A stretch of DNA of 64,000 nucleotides from a virus (lineage: Duplodnaviria; Caudoviricetes): positions 14,929 to 78,928 of the IMG/VR virus record IMGVR_UViG_3300033068_001920; one strand, 5' to 3'. Numbering within the stretch: position 1 is the stretch's first letter; the number at the start of each line of letters is the position of its first letter. Below are positions 1 to 9,570 of this stretch, one piece after another. The notes below the pieces were generated by a model, which saw only the letters and a program-made list of their open reading frames with translations, had not been told where the DNA came from and did not search any database. The translations under genes were made by a program, and so were the position numbers.

Positions 1-4
1 GCGC

Positions 5-343
5 TCATGCGTACACCCGGCCTGCAATCGCAGCGAGGAACGGGGTAGCAGCGCACTTTCGCAGGACAACGAACGACAGCGCAGGAAGGTGCTGTTCGGT
101 GACGGCGAACGAATAGGGAGTCGAATCGCCCTGCACCTGAAAGTAGATGCGACCATCTTTCGCACCGACCAAGCCGAAGGTCACGTCCTGCGAGATGCCA
201 AAGGCCCAACGGGCGTCTTTGATCATCTGGGTCAGCGCATCCTTCGCGCACAGGCCCGGGATGTAGTCGCCACGAACGGCTGGGGCCTTTGGAACCGCGA
301 TATCGGTGCGCGGGTCGAACTTGGCGGAAGCGGCATTGCTCAT
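5..343 (-). CDS. Hypothetical protein (112 aa)
   Basis: ATG at 343 with GGAG RBS, downstream of a sigma70-like promoter. Confidence 0.55.
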   Translation of the reverse strand: MSNAASAKFDPRTDIAVPKAPAVRGDYIPGLCAKDALTQMIKDARWAFGISQDVTFGLVGAKDGRIYFQVQGDSTPYSFAVTEQHLPALSFVVLRKCAATPFLAAIAGRVYA

Positions 344-383
344 GGCTGGGTCTCCGTAATCGCCGCTGCTGCGGCATGTGAGA

Positions 384-412
384 ACCTTAGCAAACGCTAC
401 TGATGGATGCAA
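384..412 (-). promoter_or_regulatory. Sigma70-like promoter TTGCAT-N17-TAAGGT overlapping palindrome TAGC-AAAC-GCTA (388-399)
   Basis: Exact 17-nt spacer; same motif family recurs at four or more other intergenic sites. Confidence 0.6.
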
Positions 413-449
413 GCATCGGCAGAACTTTCCGACGAACGGCAAGCCTCTG

Positions 450-944
450 TCAGCCGACGCCGGTCGTGGAGTCGGAGCGCGCAGCGAGGATGAATCGGCG
501 CACATAGGGTGGGATTGCCAGATTTCCGTTTTCGCCGATGACCTCATACAGCAGCACGATCCCGCCGCCAGGTTCGACGCTGATCCGATCCGGCTTCCGG
601 ATGTGGTCGGCGGTCTCTTCGACGAACTCGATCAGCGCCTCCATCGGGGCTTGGGCGTAATTCAGCCCGGTGTCGGCGTCGTTCCAATTGGCGCCATCAC
701 CCTGCCAGATGCCGGCGAACACGATCTTGGCGTCGCCGACCGGATCGTATTCGTACTCGGCCTCATCCTCGCCATCAAGCACGCCGAGACCACCGATGTT
801 CGGCACGCTTCCGAGCGATTCGTCGGGGCCGTCCGGGGCGCGCAGGAGCGTCTTACGCCAGACCGTGCAGTCCATGGCGTTCGGATGGCGCAGTGTGACG
901 GCGCGGCCGGCGCGAGCGATAGCGGTGGGAACTGCGTTCAGCAT
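450..944 (-). CDS. Virion morphogenesis protein, possibly P1 gp7-like
   Basis: Lies downstream of gp26/gp25-like genes as in P1; sequence similarity is weak. Confidence 0.5.
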   Translation of the reverse strand: MLNAVPTAIARAGRAVTLRHPNAMDCTVWRKTLLRAPDGPDESLGSVPNIGGLGVLDGEDEAEYEYDPVGDAKIVFAGIWQGDGANWNDADTGLNYAQAPMEALIEFVEETADHIRKPDRISVEPGGGIVLLYEVIGENGNLAIPPYVRRFILAARSDSTTGVG

Positions 945-966
945 GATCGTTTTCCTGTCGTCGGCA

Positions 967-2142
967 TCACGTGCTCTTGGTCGCGGCCATCATCTGTTCG
1001 AACTGCTGTTGGTTGATCGCGCCAAGCCTCAGCAGTTCCCGGCCGTGTCGCTCGATCGCCGCGCGCGCCGACGCCTTGCCCTTCGCGACCTTCGCCGATT
1101 CTTTCGCCGCGGCGCGCTGCTTTGCCTGATCCATCATCCGCTGATAGCTGGGCCTTTGCTTGCGCTGAGCCGTTTTCTCATCGGTTGACCGGATCTGGCG
1201 CCGGCGCGAGTCCTCTTTGCGCCGCTGCTCTTCGAACGCGCGCTGGTCCGCGATTTTCTCGACCTTTTCGGTGTGCCCGATATCGTCGCGGAACTTCTGG
1301 ATGGCGTTGGCGGCGTACCGCACGAACGTCGGCGAGCCCTGGATTGTCTGCATCACGCGCAGGGCGTGCTTGCATGCGATGCCGCCGAGGCTCGGATTTC
1401 TGATCTTCGGGAACGCGTTCTCCGCGCGCCCGTAGACCGTCTCGAGTTGCGTGTTCAGGTATCGAAGCCAGTATTTGAACCGGCCGCAGGAACACTCGAA
1501 TTTCAGCCGGCTTGCGGTCAACTGCTTCGCCATCTTTTCTGCCGGATGCGGCGACGCCACCATGGCACCGAAGTCCAAGAACTGGACGTTGACGTTGTGG
1601 TGCGTGAACTCCGAATCCGGGCTCGCGTTCGTGACGAAGTGGACGACCAGCGAGGTGGACTGGCCGCCGCCTTCCGTCATGGCCCGGTAGTGCGTCGGGT
1701 TCGCCATCCGGATCTGGTCCTGAGCGCGCTTCCGATCCTCTGTCATGGATTTGTCGATGACCTGCTTGGCCCGGATGCCGCCCAGCATCTTGCGTTTCGC
1801 GGCGTCCTTGCGCACCACCTGGACGTTGTACTGGAACTGCTTCAGGTCGTCGTATGTGATCGGCCGAATCTGACCGCCGAGCGTCGTCATTAGCCCGCGG
1901 TCCATCAGGTACTCGCCCGCGATCTCATCCGGCGCCAGCAGGGTGTTGCCCGGATCCTGCTGGTCAGAACGGCGCTTCTCAATTTCCGCGGCGAAACGCT
2001 CGCGCGATTGCACTCGGACATTGCGGCCCGGCAGCAGAACGTCTGGCGATCGCTTGCCTTGACGGGGTTTGGCCTTGCGTGGATTCGTGACGACGACCCG
2101 GTCACGGGGCTTGCGCGGACTCGGCGGCTTCCGCGTGGCCAC
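967..2142 (-). CDS. P1 gp25-like tail stability protein (SWIM-type Zn finger)
   Basis: LKFECSCGRFKYWLRY...FPKIRNPSLGGIACKHALRVM motif; synteny. Confidence 0.7.
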   Translation of the reverse strand: MATRKPPSPRKPRDRVVVTNPRKAKPRQGKRSPDVLLPGRNVRVQSRERFAAEIEKRRSDQQDPGNTLLAPDEIAGEYLMDRGLMTTLGGQIRPITYDDLKQFQYNVQVVRKDAAKRKMLGGIRAKQVIDKSMTEDRKRAQDQIRMANPTHYRAMTEGGGQSTSLVVHFVTNASPDSEFTHHNVNVQFLDFGAMVASPHPAEKMAKQLTASRLKFECSCGRFKYWLRYLNTQLETVYGRAENAFPKIRNPSLGGIACKHALRVMQTIQGSPTFVRYAANAIQKFRDDIGHTEKVEKIADQRAFEEQRRKEDSRRRQIRSTDEKTAQRKQRPSYQRMMDQAKQRAAAKESAKVAKGKASARAAIERHGRELLRLGAINQQQFEQMMAATKST

Positions 2143-2144
2143 GA

Positions 2145-2441
2145 TCAGCGGACCTTCGTGACCGGCGCGGACTGAAACCCGGTTCTGAACTTGATCAGCG
2201 CCAAACGGCTTGCCGTTGGCAGCACGAGCTCACGCTCGGTCAACTGCTGGTCCAGCCGGTCAAGGCCGGCGGCTGCCATGACGGCCAAGTATTCGTCGCG
2301 GCTGCCGTACACACGTTCGGCGACCAGCGTCAGATCCCAGCGCTCATCCGGCTTCGTGAAGTACCGGATTGCGTCCTCCCAGACCGGCGCGGTCACGGAG
2401 AACTTGCGAACCTCTCGGTAGAAGCGGGATGCGGGAACCAT
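2145..2441 (-). CDS. P1 gp26-like baseplate protein (LysM/tail-X-like)
   Basis: DERWDLTLVAERVYGSRDEYLAVMAAAG...LVLPT; probable start ATG 2441. Confidence 0.7.
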   Translation of the reverse strand: MVPASRFYREVRKFSVTAPVWEDAIRYFTKPDERWDLTLVAERVYGSRDEYLAVMAAAGLDRLDQQLTERELVLPTASRLALIKFRTGFQSAPVTKVR

Positions 2442-2446
2442 GATCC

Positions 2447-2490
2447 ATGGTCCCATTGTCCAATCGCGAAAACGTCGGCATCTTTCCGAT
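2447..2490 (-). promoter_or_regulatory. Candidate late promoter ATCGGAAA-N30-GACCAT
   Basis: Same box and spacing found upstream of five other late genes. Confidence 0.55.
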
Positions 2491-2741
2491 ACTGTCGGGT
2501 GCTGCACCGCTGCAGTTCAGCAATTCCAGAAGGTCACCGCTCGGATCGGGCGTGGCAGTCCGAGCCCTCGCCCTCGCTCTGGCGCTGCGGATCGCGCTGC
2601 TCCTGCTTGGGGGATGCCTGTCCGGCTTCGGCGTGTAGCGAATGCGTTTGGCGATGAACTCTTCGCTTCGCCCGAGCGCCAGTGCGATCTCGTGCACTGA
2701 GCAGCGCTCCGCCGCGAGCAACCTGGCCAAGTGCGCGACAT

Positions 2742-3092
2742 TCACGCAGCCAACCCCTCAAGGATCTTGTTCTGCATCTGCAGCAGGAATTCATTGTTGC
2801 CGAACTCGGCATAGAACAACTTGCTTCCGCCCATGAGGCTTGGACCGTAGTAGTCCCGACAGGCCGCATGGCTGTAGTCTTCAATCGGTCGGCCTTGGTG
2901 GTGCCATAGGCACAGACCGATCGTCTTCTGGTGGCAGCCGGGCTTCGTCTTCCCATCCAAGTGGTGCCACTGAACATAGCCCGTGTTCGTCAATTTGATC
3001 CCGCGCTGCTCGCACGCCATGCAGTTCCCGGCATGGATCTTCGTGCGTCGCTCCTTATCAGCCTTTGTCAGCGCCCTGCCACCGAAACTCAC
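2742..3092 (-). CDS. Ref-family recombination enhancement nuclease (HNH/Zn)
   Basis: CMAC...QWHHL...TIGLCLWHHQG; GTG start overlapping the ASCH stop. Confidence 0.7.
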   Translation of the reverse strand: MSFGGRALTKADKERRTKIHAGNCMACEQRGIKLTNTGYVQWHHLDGKTKPGCHQKTIGLCLWHHQGRPIEDYSHAACRDYYGPSLMGGSKLFYAEFGNNEFLLQMQNKILEGLAA

Positions 3093-3532
3093 TGCGCAAC
3101 CCTGGGAAACGCGCCGTCCAACACCTCGCGCGGGATGTCGAAGAAGCTGAGTTGCCCGCGGCATGCAACGAAGGGGCAAGGCGCCGCGTCAGCCAGCACG
3201 AACCCGTATTCGCCATAGAACCATGGGCTGTCCATCTGATCAACGCAATCGATCACAGTCGCGGCGCCGACGATGCCGCCGCAATCAAACCTGTCGGGGA
3301 ATGGGATCGTCGGGAACTGCTCGCGCAGGCTCGCCAGATCATCACGCTGTTCCCGCCCCCACTTCGCGCCGGCGTGGATCAGGACGCGGCCGCGGAACTT
3401 GGTCTTCCAGTTCCGATTCTCCACATTCTTCACTTCGCACGCGGCGATCGCTGCGGCGCGCGCTTCTGGGGTTATCAGGTCGGGGCGGACAATGGCCCAA
3501 GCCCAGGGTTGCAGGATCGAAAGCGCCTTCAT
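3089..3532 (-). CDS. ASCH domain protein
   Basis: MKALSILQPWAWAI...KNVENRNWKTKFRGRVLIHAG...GGIVG. Confidence 0.9.
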   Translation of the reverse strand: MKALSILQPWAWAIVRPDLITPEARAAAIAACEVKNVENRNWKTKFRGRVLIHAGAKWGREQRDDLASLREQFPTIPFPDRFDCGGIVGAATVIDCVDQMDSPWFYGEYGFVLADAAPCPFVACRGQLSFFDIPREVLDGAFPRVAQ

Positions 3533-4176
3533 GCGGCCGCGCCCGTCTTGGTCAGCGCATTCCAGGCATCCACCTCACCCCTCGGGACGTTGATCGTCTC
3601 GGCGCCGATAGCCCAACTCACCGGCCATTCGCCGCCAGGGAAACGGAAACTGGCATGCAGCACATCGTAGGTGCCGCCGGCGGTCCCGTCATAGCCGCGG
3701 TAGGCGTGGATGTCTGTGGCAAACGGCCACTTGGCCAGCACTGCGGCTTCGGCATCCGACTGGTCGCGCGCTGCCTTGTCCTTCCGCTCTTGCGCGGCCC
3801 GGTCGTCGTTGTCCTTGCACATCCGGTTCCAGAACACACGGCGGGTATCGTCATATACCGGGTCCATCGGGTTCAGTTCGCCGTTGTCACCGTCAAGTTC
3901 GTAATCGTGCTGCCCGCCTTCGTCATTGATTCGCCGGCCGCATCCGCATCCACACTCATACCAGAAGCCGCCGAGTTCGATGCAATCCTTCGGTGACACC
4001 GGCCCCGGCGCCAGATCATCAGCCCATGGCGCGCGCTTGCACGAAACATCGCCGAACTCGCAGTCCAACTCGTTTGCGCCCTCTCGCCGCGCGACAACCG
4101 ACTTTTCCGCGAACATCACGGCGGCATAGCCTTCGCCAAACTCGTCGGTGACGACGTACGCTTTGAGGCTCACCAT
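3529..4176 (-). CDS. Hypothetical phage protein
   Basis: Translationally coupled ORF; conserved-looking VVARREGANEL...GFWYECGCGCGR. Confidence 0.7.
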   Translation of the reverse strand: MVSLKAYVVTDEFGEGYAAVMFAEKSVVARREGANELDCEFGDVSCKRAPWADDLAPGPVSPKDCIELGGFWYECGCGCGRRINDEGGQHDYELDGDNGELNPMDPVYDDTRRVFWNRMCKDNDDRAAQERKDKAARDQSDAEAAVLAKWPFATDIHAYRGYDGTAGGTYDVLHASFRFPGGEWPVSWAIGAETINVPRGEVDAWNALTKTGAAA

Positions 4177-4335
4177 GGCAACCTCACATGATGCATGCAG
4201 ATCTCGGCAAACCCCCAGCCAAGCAGCAGGCCGACGACGAAGGACAGCAAATTGTCTTGGTCGTGATCGCTGGCGCGGCGTCGCGGATGCTTTGTCGGGT
4301 TCGGGGTCGGGCTGCTCATGGTCGCCTCCTTATTC

Positions 4336-4629
4336 TTAGATCAATGGGCTGAATCGATCAGTGTCGTGGTTCTTCGGCTTTCTCGGCCAGGCTTCGAGTG
4401 TCCAAGACACAGGCACACCCGGACTTTTCTCAATGGCTTCCACCGCTACTTTGTACCGTGCAACATACCCGTCCGGGAGCAGCTTTACATGACGCACCAA
4501 GCGGACCCCGGTAACCCGCCAATAGGAGCATTGCTTCTTGGCTACGGTGACGTGGCGGACGACGTGACCGACTGCCGGCTCACCATCACCAGTCCAATCC
4601 ACGGTCCATCGTTTCTGACGGCGAATCAC
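4336..4629 (-). CDS. Hypothetical protein
   Basis: ATGA overlap with upstream ORF. Confidence 0.5.
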   Translation of the reverse strand: MIRRQKRWTVDWTGDGEPAVGHVVRHVTVAKKQCSYWRVTGVRLVRHVKLLPDGYVARYKVAVEAIEKSPGVPVSWTLEAWPRKPKNHDTDRFSPLI

Positions 4630-5897
4630 TGCGGGGTGAAGTTGGTGGCCTGCAGGCGGCGCGAGAACGCGAGCAGTTCACTCGGCGTGAAGGCGTAAAG
4701 CGGCGCCCCCAAATTAACCTTGCCGTCGCCGTAATAGACGCCGCACTTTGCTGCGATCGCCTTCACGACATGGTCGGCCACGGGCGAGGGGCGGGTGTAG
4801 AGCATGCCCAGGCACTTGCATGCCATTTCGAGATCGCGCGGGAACCTTTCGACGTTGATCTTGCCCGGCGCATTGAACCCTTGCACTTTTCTAAGCAGGA
4901 ACGCGGCCAGCCGTTCTGGCGCCACCGCCTCCCTGCCTGCGCCCTCGGCCTGCGTCATCTGACCGATCTTCGTCAGCGCCGCCGTCAGCGTCCCTTTGTC
5001 GCGACTGACATGGCCGATGGTGCCGACATTCACGACCGGCTTACCCTCGCCCTGAGTCGTCATCTGCTGGGGGGCGGCTGCGGGGTTGGCTTCGCTACCC
5101 GCGATCATGTGGCAGACCTTCCAAAACGCATCCGCGCACGGTTGGTAAAAATCGACCGTGTCGGCGCAAACCGCGCAGTGCCGCACCAGCCGGTCAACAT
5201 CATCCATCAGCAGCAAGGCTTGCCGCTGCCAACTCGTGTTTTGCGGATTATTTTCCCCCTCGGCTGCCGGCTGCTGGGGGAGGGGGGCGGCTTTGTGCAA
5301 CTTTCGCAAGACATTGATCGCGGCCTCCAAGTCTTCCGCCATCGCCGGGCGGCTGCGATTCCGCAGCACGTCGGCGCCAAGGCGCATGGTGTCCAGAACG
5401 TCGGCCCATTCATTATCCGACAGGCTGACCGCATCTGCGCGCCCTGCGACCTCGCGGGCGTCGCCGTAGGCAGTGAGTTCATCCTGCGAATAGCCGAGAA
5501 AAGATTTCGGGCTCGGCAACTTTGCCGGCGGCCAATCACTTTCCGGCCCCATTCTGCATCCGCATATCCAATGCTTCGCCTCCGGCATCGGCACCGCGCC
5601 CGCAGGCTTGGGCGACAGGGGCGTGGCGAGACGGAGCAGCGGAATGCTGTACGGGCGAACAGATGACCCGCTGGCGCCGGCATCAGCAAGAGCGCCGGCT
5701 TTGGTCTTTGCTGAGATTACGCGCGTCGGATCTTCTTCATGCATCCATGCATCGGCATTCCCCGCGCCCTGCTGCCCGGCGGCGATGTGGCGCTCGATGA
5801 AGGGGAGGAGAACTTCGGCAAGCGTGCCAGCCCCGAGGGTGTGCTTTCCATCGACGCGGCGGATCTCTTGCGCCAGCGCTTCTACGGTCAGGTTCAT
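4626..5897 (-). CDS. Mosaic hypothetical phage protein
   Basis: Long ORF; likely start MNLTVEALAQEIRRVDG at 5897. Confidence 0.65.
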   Translation of the reverse strand: MNLTVEALAQEIRRVDGKHTLGAGTLAEVLLPFIERHIAAGQQGAGNADAWMHEEDPTRVISAKTKAGALADAGASGSSVRPYSIPLLRLATPLSPKPAGAVPMPEAKHWICGCRMGPESDWPPAKLPSPKSFLGYSQDELTAYGDAREVAGRADAVSLSDNEWADVLDTMRLGADVLRNRSRPAMAEDLEAAINVLRKLHKAAPLPQQPAAEGENNPQNTSWQRQALLLMDDVDRLVRHCAVCADTVDFYQPCADAFWKVCHMIAGSEANPAAAPQQMTTQGEGKPVVNVGTIGHVSRDKGTLTAALTKIGQMTQAEGAGREAVAPERLAAFLLRKVQGFNAPGKINVERFPRDLEMACKCLGMLYTRPSPVADHVVKAIAAKCGVYYGDGKVNLGAPLYAFTPSELLAFSRRLQATNFTPQ

Positions 5898-5973
5898 GAG
5901 CAAAGGTCTCGATGATGATTCTGTGAAAAGCCTGGCCGAAACGATCCGACCAGGCGAGTTCAACGCGGCGCGC

Positions 5974-6225
5974 TCAGGACGAAGCGTTGCCGGTGTCGCT
6001 CAGGGTCGTCGTTTCGACGACGACGATGATCACGGCACTGCCATCGGACTTGATTTCGACCGCGACGGTGTCGGCAGCAGTGGCTGTTGCCGGCGAGAAG
6101 AGACCGGCGCGCGTGGCCGTGCCCAGATCCGGGTAGCTCGCCAGCGCGCTGGTCGCTTCGCTGGTGCTGAGATCGATCTTGGAGAAGTTCGTCGTTTTGA
6201 CGGTCGAGAAACTGGTGACGTTCAT
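5974..6225 (-). CDS. Hypothetical protein (83 aa)
   Basis: ATG with AAGGA upstream; fills the gap in the operon. Confidence 0.5.
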   Translation of the reverse strand: MNVTSFSTVKTTNFSKIDLSTSEATSALASYPDLGTATRAGLFSPATATAADTVAVEIKSDGSAVIIVVVETTTLSDTGNASS

Positions 6226-6299
6226 TCGTTTCGGTGTTCCTTGTTCCGGGCTGGTTCGGCGCTCCCCGCGTGGCCCATTGCACGCGGCACCGTGTTTTC

Positions 6300-7400
6300 T
6301 CAGCGCAGCGCGAGGTTTCGCGGGAACTCATTGTGGATCACGCCGTCAAGCGTGCGGCCGGCGGTCTTCTTTCCCGTGCGGCGCACCGTCCGGCCGTCGG
6401 GGAACGTGAAGTGCTTGCCAGGCCCTTTGACCTCGCTCACCGAGACCCATTCGCCGTTCTGCTTGTGGAAATAGGCGGCGCCACTCTCGACGCAGTAGTC
6501 TCGAATGTTGCGGAACCACTGCGGATTGGACGGCCGCGCGTTCGCACCGGACTCACCGCCGGTAATGATTTGGTGGATCTGAGGTGCTTCGCTGGTGAGA
6601 ATAAAACCGTGGTCATCTCGGATCTGCTGTTCGGATCGATCACAGGTCGTGCACACGCGGCGTTTGAACAACCGCGGGTTCGATCCCCATTGATGGCATG
6701 CCCCGCAACCGACCCCGCCCCAGATCGCACGCGTCAGATTTATCGGACCGAGCATCGGCTCGATCGAAAGGAAACGCACCGCCGCAGGCACCGCTAGTAA
6801 CTTCGGAATGTCCCTGTCCGCTTCATCTTGATTGCAGATGGTGGCGCCGATCCAGACGTTCTCGGGCGGCTCACCATCAATCCATGCGCCGAGCCATGTC
6901 GCAAGTTCTTGGCTGATGCCCCCCTTACACGATATCGCAGCCAAGATTCGGCTGCGCCAGTTGCAGATCCTCTTCGTCAGCAACTGCCAATCCAGGTTTG
7001 GTGTACGGCGGATCAGGTCCAGCAGGTCGGCCAGCCATTCCTCCGGCACCTCGTTGTCGAACACGTCGGCAAGGCTGGAGCAGAACACGCTGCGGCGAGC
7101 GTTGCGGAGACTGCCATCAAGAATCCGACAGCATGGACAACTTGCGCCATCGGGATCCTCGCCGCGCCACGCGCAGTTTGTGCATTCGTAGAACGGTCGC
7201 GCATTCCACAGCAACGGTTTGTGCCAGTTCGCCTCGCTGGTGCGATGCCGCGGCTTGCCGGCGCCCCACTCTATGCTCAGTGTGCGCGATGGTGTGGCGA
7301 CCGCGGCATAGCAGTTGTCGCAAGCCGGCGAAACTTTCGTGCAGCCGATCCATCCGTTGAACGTGCTGTCGGCCCAGTCGATGTTGGTTTGCGCGGCCAT
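6300..7400 (-). CDS. DUF5131 (phage Gp37/Gp68) family protein
   Basis: NIDWADSTFNGWIGCTKVSPACDNCYA, VFCSSLADVF, LLTKR, FLSIEPMLG, GGESG. Confidence 0.9.
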   Translation of the reverse strand: MAAQTNIDWADSTFNGWIGCTKVSPACDNCYAAVATPSRTLSIEWGAGKPRHRTSEANWHKPLLWNARPFYECTNCAWRGEDPDGASCPCCRILDGSLRNARRSVFCSSLADVFDNEVPEEWLADLLDLIRRTPNLDWQLLTKRICNWRSRILAAISCKGGISQELATWLGAWIDGEPPENVWIGATICNQDEADRDIPKLLAVPAAVRFLSIEPMLGPINLTRAIWGGVGCGACHQWGSNPRLFKRRVCTTCDRSEQQIRDDHGFILTSEAPQIHQIITGGESGANARPSNPQWFRNIRDYCVESGAAYFHKQNGEWVSVSEVKGPGKHFTFPDGRTVRRTGKKTAGRTLDGVIHNEFPRNLALR

Positions 7401-7407
7401 CGGATAT

Positions 7408-7659
7408 TTACCTTGCGCAGCGCGGGTGCTTGCGGATGTTCCGGCGCTTCCGCGCGGCGCGGCGTTGCGCGGCCGGAGTCGTGCGCTTCGGGTTGCGGCC
7501 CATACAGCGAGACACGGACTGCCTTGTTCTCGACCCTCTCGGCATGGCTTCTCCGGGATGACGCTGAATTACGTAATTCAGCCCGGCAGTCGCCGCGGAC
7601 CCAAGAGCGCCCAGCAGCGCCACTGCCATTCCCACAATTCCAATTCTACGATTCAACAT
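7408..7659 (-). CDS. Hypothetical protein, hydrophobic N-terminus and basic tail
   Basis: ATG with AAGGGG RBS. Confidence 0.5.
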   Translation of the reverse strand: MLNRRIGIVGMAVALLGALGSAATAGLNYVIQRHPGEAMPRGSRTRQSVSRCMGRNPKRTTPAAQRRAARKRRNIRKHPRCAR

Positions 7660-7717
7660 TTCTTGCCCCTTTGCTTTTTTGGTTGCGGATTGAATTCGGT
7701 AATTGCACTGCTTACGA

Positions 7718-7915
7718 CTACATCACCCCGAGAATTCTCTGCAGCGTGGCGTCAGCTTCCGCAAGTCTTTTCGTCGCCCTGGAATAGTCGTCGCTCATCG
7801 CGCGCGTCATGCGGGTATATCTGGTCAAGCGATTCATGAGGCTCTGCGCCGACATCTTGTCTGCCCACGCTTTGCGGGCTTGGGCAAGCAGTTCTGCGGC
7901 TTCACTGTTTTCCAC
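7718..7915 (-). CDS. Hypothetical coiled-coil protein
   Basis: GTG with AGGAG RBS, behind the promoter at 7941-7969. Confidence 0.5.
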   Translation of the reverse strand: MENSEAAELLAQARKAWADKMSAQSLMNRLTRYTRMTRAMSDDYSRATKRLAEADATLQRILGVM

Positions 7916-7940
7916 GTCGGCTCCTTGGTTCAAGGTTCCG

Positions 7941-7969
7941 ACTGTAAGCGATTGCTAGCGATATTGCAA
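7941..7969 (-). promoter_or_regulatory. Sigma70-like promoter TTGCAA-N17-TACAGT with palindrome AAGC-GATT-GCTA in the spacer
   Basis: Intergenic; good -35/-10 match; 17-nt spacer. Confidence 0.65.
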
Positions 7970-7998
7970 GCATCCCGCTTATTCCCTTTCGTTATGCT

Positions 7999-9567
7999 TT
8001 ACTCGACATCCGCCAGCTCGGCGAGGGCCGACTCGCGCGCGGATTCAAGCCTGGCGTCGGCGCCCTCCGGCTTGTAGCCGTCGGCGACCATGTAGTGGAC
8101 GCCTTCCAGGAACGCGAACGCGAAGGTGTCCCAGATGTCGGGAGACTTGATCCCCTCGCCGCGCATGTCCTCTTTTTTCATCATGACGTAGCGCAACCCG
8201 CCAGCTTCGGCGAAGTGGTACGGCAAGCGCGATCCTTGATCCAGGATCTTCTCTTTCATTTGCCGGCTGATGCCTTGCGGCAGCACCACGCGCCCGGTGC
8301 GGATCGCGTCGCGAAGGCGCACGTTGGCGCACGCACGCAGGTTGTAGAAACGGTCCTTGTATTCTTTCTTGAAGCAAGGCTTGCCCCAGTCGATACGCTG
8401 GACCGGAACCCCTTGGCGTTCGATCAACTTCGCGACCGTGTGGCCGACGCCGCCATTGTCCACGTAAAGCGTCGCGTTCGACAACTTCCCGACCAGGTTG
8501 GCCAAGTCGCCGGCGAAGTCAATCTCATTCTTGGAGTTCGTGCAGATCGGCACCTCGATGAATTCGACACGGCGCGCATTCTCACCATGGTCATCGTCGC
8601 CGATCACCTTCGCGATCGTGGCCACCGAGTCATCGCGGTACTCGCCAAGGCCAACGTCGCCCAGCACGATCAGTCCGAACGGCTCGTCGTCGTGGATGAT
8701 TTGTCTCGGCTTGAATGCGGCTTCGATCTCGGTGCGCGTCAGAAGGTTCGCGCCGCTGTTTTCGGCGAATAGCCCAAGAACGCGGATCTGGTATTCAACA
8801 TCCTGCCGGCCGCCGCACTCGAGTTCGCGGTCCTTCAGCCACTTCATCGTGACGAAAGGTGAGTTCTCGGAATTGAATCTAAGGTTCGACCACGCACCGC
8901 CGGCGGCCTTCCGCAACTTGTGGTGGGTTTCGTAGAAGTAGCCGGCGTTGCGGACGCCCTGAGACGCGATAAGCGTGCGGTTACCGCCCTGCGTCTGCGT
9001 TCCGTTGATCACGTCGAAATGGCCATCGGGAACGCCCGCGGCTTCGTCGATGATGATCATCTGCCAGTAGCGGTGCTTGCCGGCAACCGACACCGCTTTG
9101 CCTTGCTGCATCGCGACTTGGCTGATGAACCACTGGCTTTCGTAACCTATAACCTCGACGCGCTCTTTCGAAATCTTGAAGTAGTCGCAAATCCATGCTG
9201 CCGGTCCGTTTAGCATCGCAATTCGGCAGTCCTCCATTTCCTTCCAGACACCCTCGGCAACCTGCTGAACTCGCGGCGCTCCGATGTAAGTGTTGGATCC
9301 GATTTGGACCTCGCCGTTTTCTATTCCATACGGGTGGCATAGAAGATGCCAAAGCGCGATTCGTCCGAACGAAAATGTTTTTCCAGTACCCGTGCCAGAC
9401 ACCACCGAAACGTTGGCTGTCGGATCATCGATCTCGAAAAAAAGTTCCTCCTGATCCGGACTCGGAACCAATGCGCAGACCTCCACGGCGAACCGAAGAG
9501 AATCTGCGTGGTAGCGCGCTACAAAATGCGGGTACCTTGGGTCCGCGAAGATGTTGACCTTGGCCAA
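7999..9567 (-). CDS. Terminase large subunit (P1 PacB-like)
   Basis: Walker A SGTGTGKT, Walker B IIIDEAAG, C-terminal nuclease with YVDNGGVG and SPDIWD. Confidence 0.9.
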   Translation of the reverse strand: MAKVNIFADPRYPHFVARYHADSLRFAVEVCALVPSPDQEELFFEIDDPTANVSVVSGTGTGKTFSFGRIALWHLLCHPYGIENGEVQIGSNTYIGAPRVQQVAEGVWKEMEDCRIAMLNGPAAWICDYFKISKERVEVIGYESQWFISQVAMQQGKAVSVAGKHRYWQMIIIDEAAGVPDGHFDVINGTQTQGGNRTLIASQGVRNAGYFYETHHKLRKAAGGAWSNLRFNSENSPFVTMKWLKDRELECGGRQDVEYQIRVLGLFAENSGANLLTRTEIEAAFKPRQIIHDDEPFGLIVLGDVGLGEYRDDSVATIAKVIGDDDHGENARRVEFIEVPICTNSKNEIDFAGDLANLVGKLSNATLYVDNGGVGHTVAKLIERQGVPVQRIDWGKPCFKKEYKDRFYNLRACANVRLRDAIRTGRVVLPQGISRQMKEKILDQGSRLPYHFAEAGGLRYVMMKKEDMRGEGIKSPDIWDTFAFAFLEGVHYMVADGYKPEGADARLESARESALAELADVE

Positions 9568-9570
9568 TGG

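Noticed and set aside
425-432. Late-box-like GTCGGAAA and other TTTCCGA hits (15505, 36992, 61115)
   Set aside because: The 425 hit has no NANNNT at 29-30 nt. The 15505 and 36992 hits lie inside coding sequence, and 61115 was not pursued.
2344-2745. ORF overlapping the gp26-like gene and its promoter
   Set aside because: The N-terminus may be a real small HTH protein, but the C-terminal half runs over the late promoter and gp26 start; support was too weak to list.
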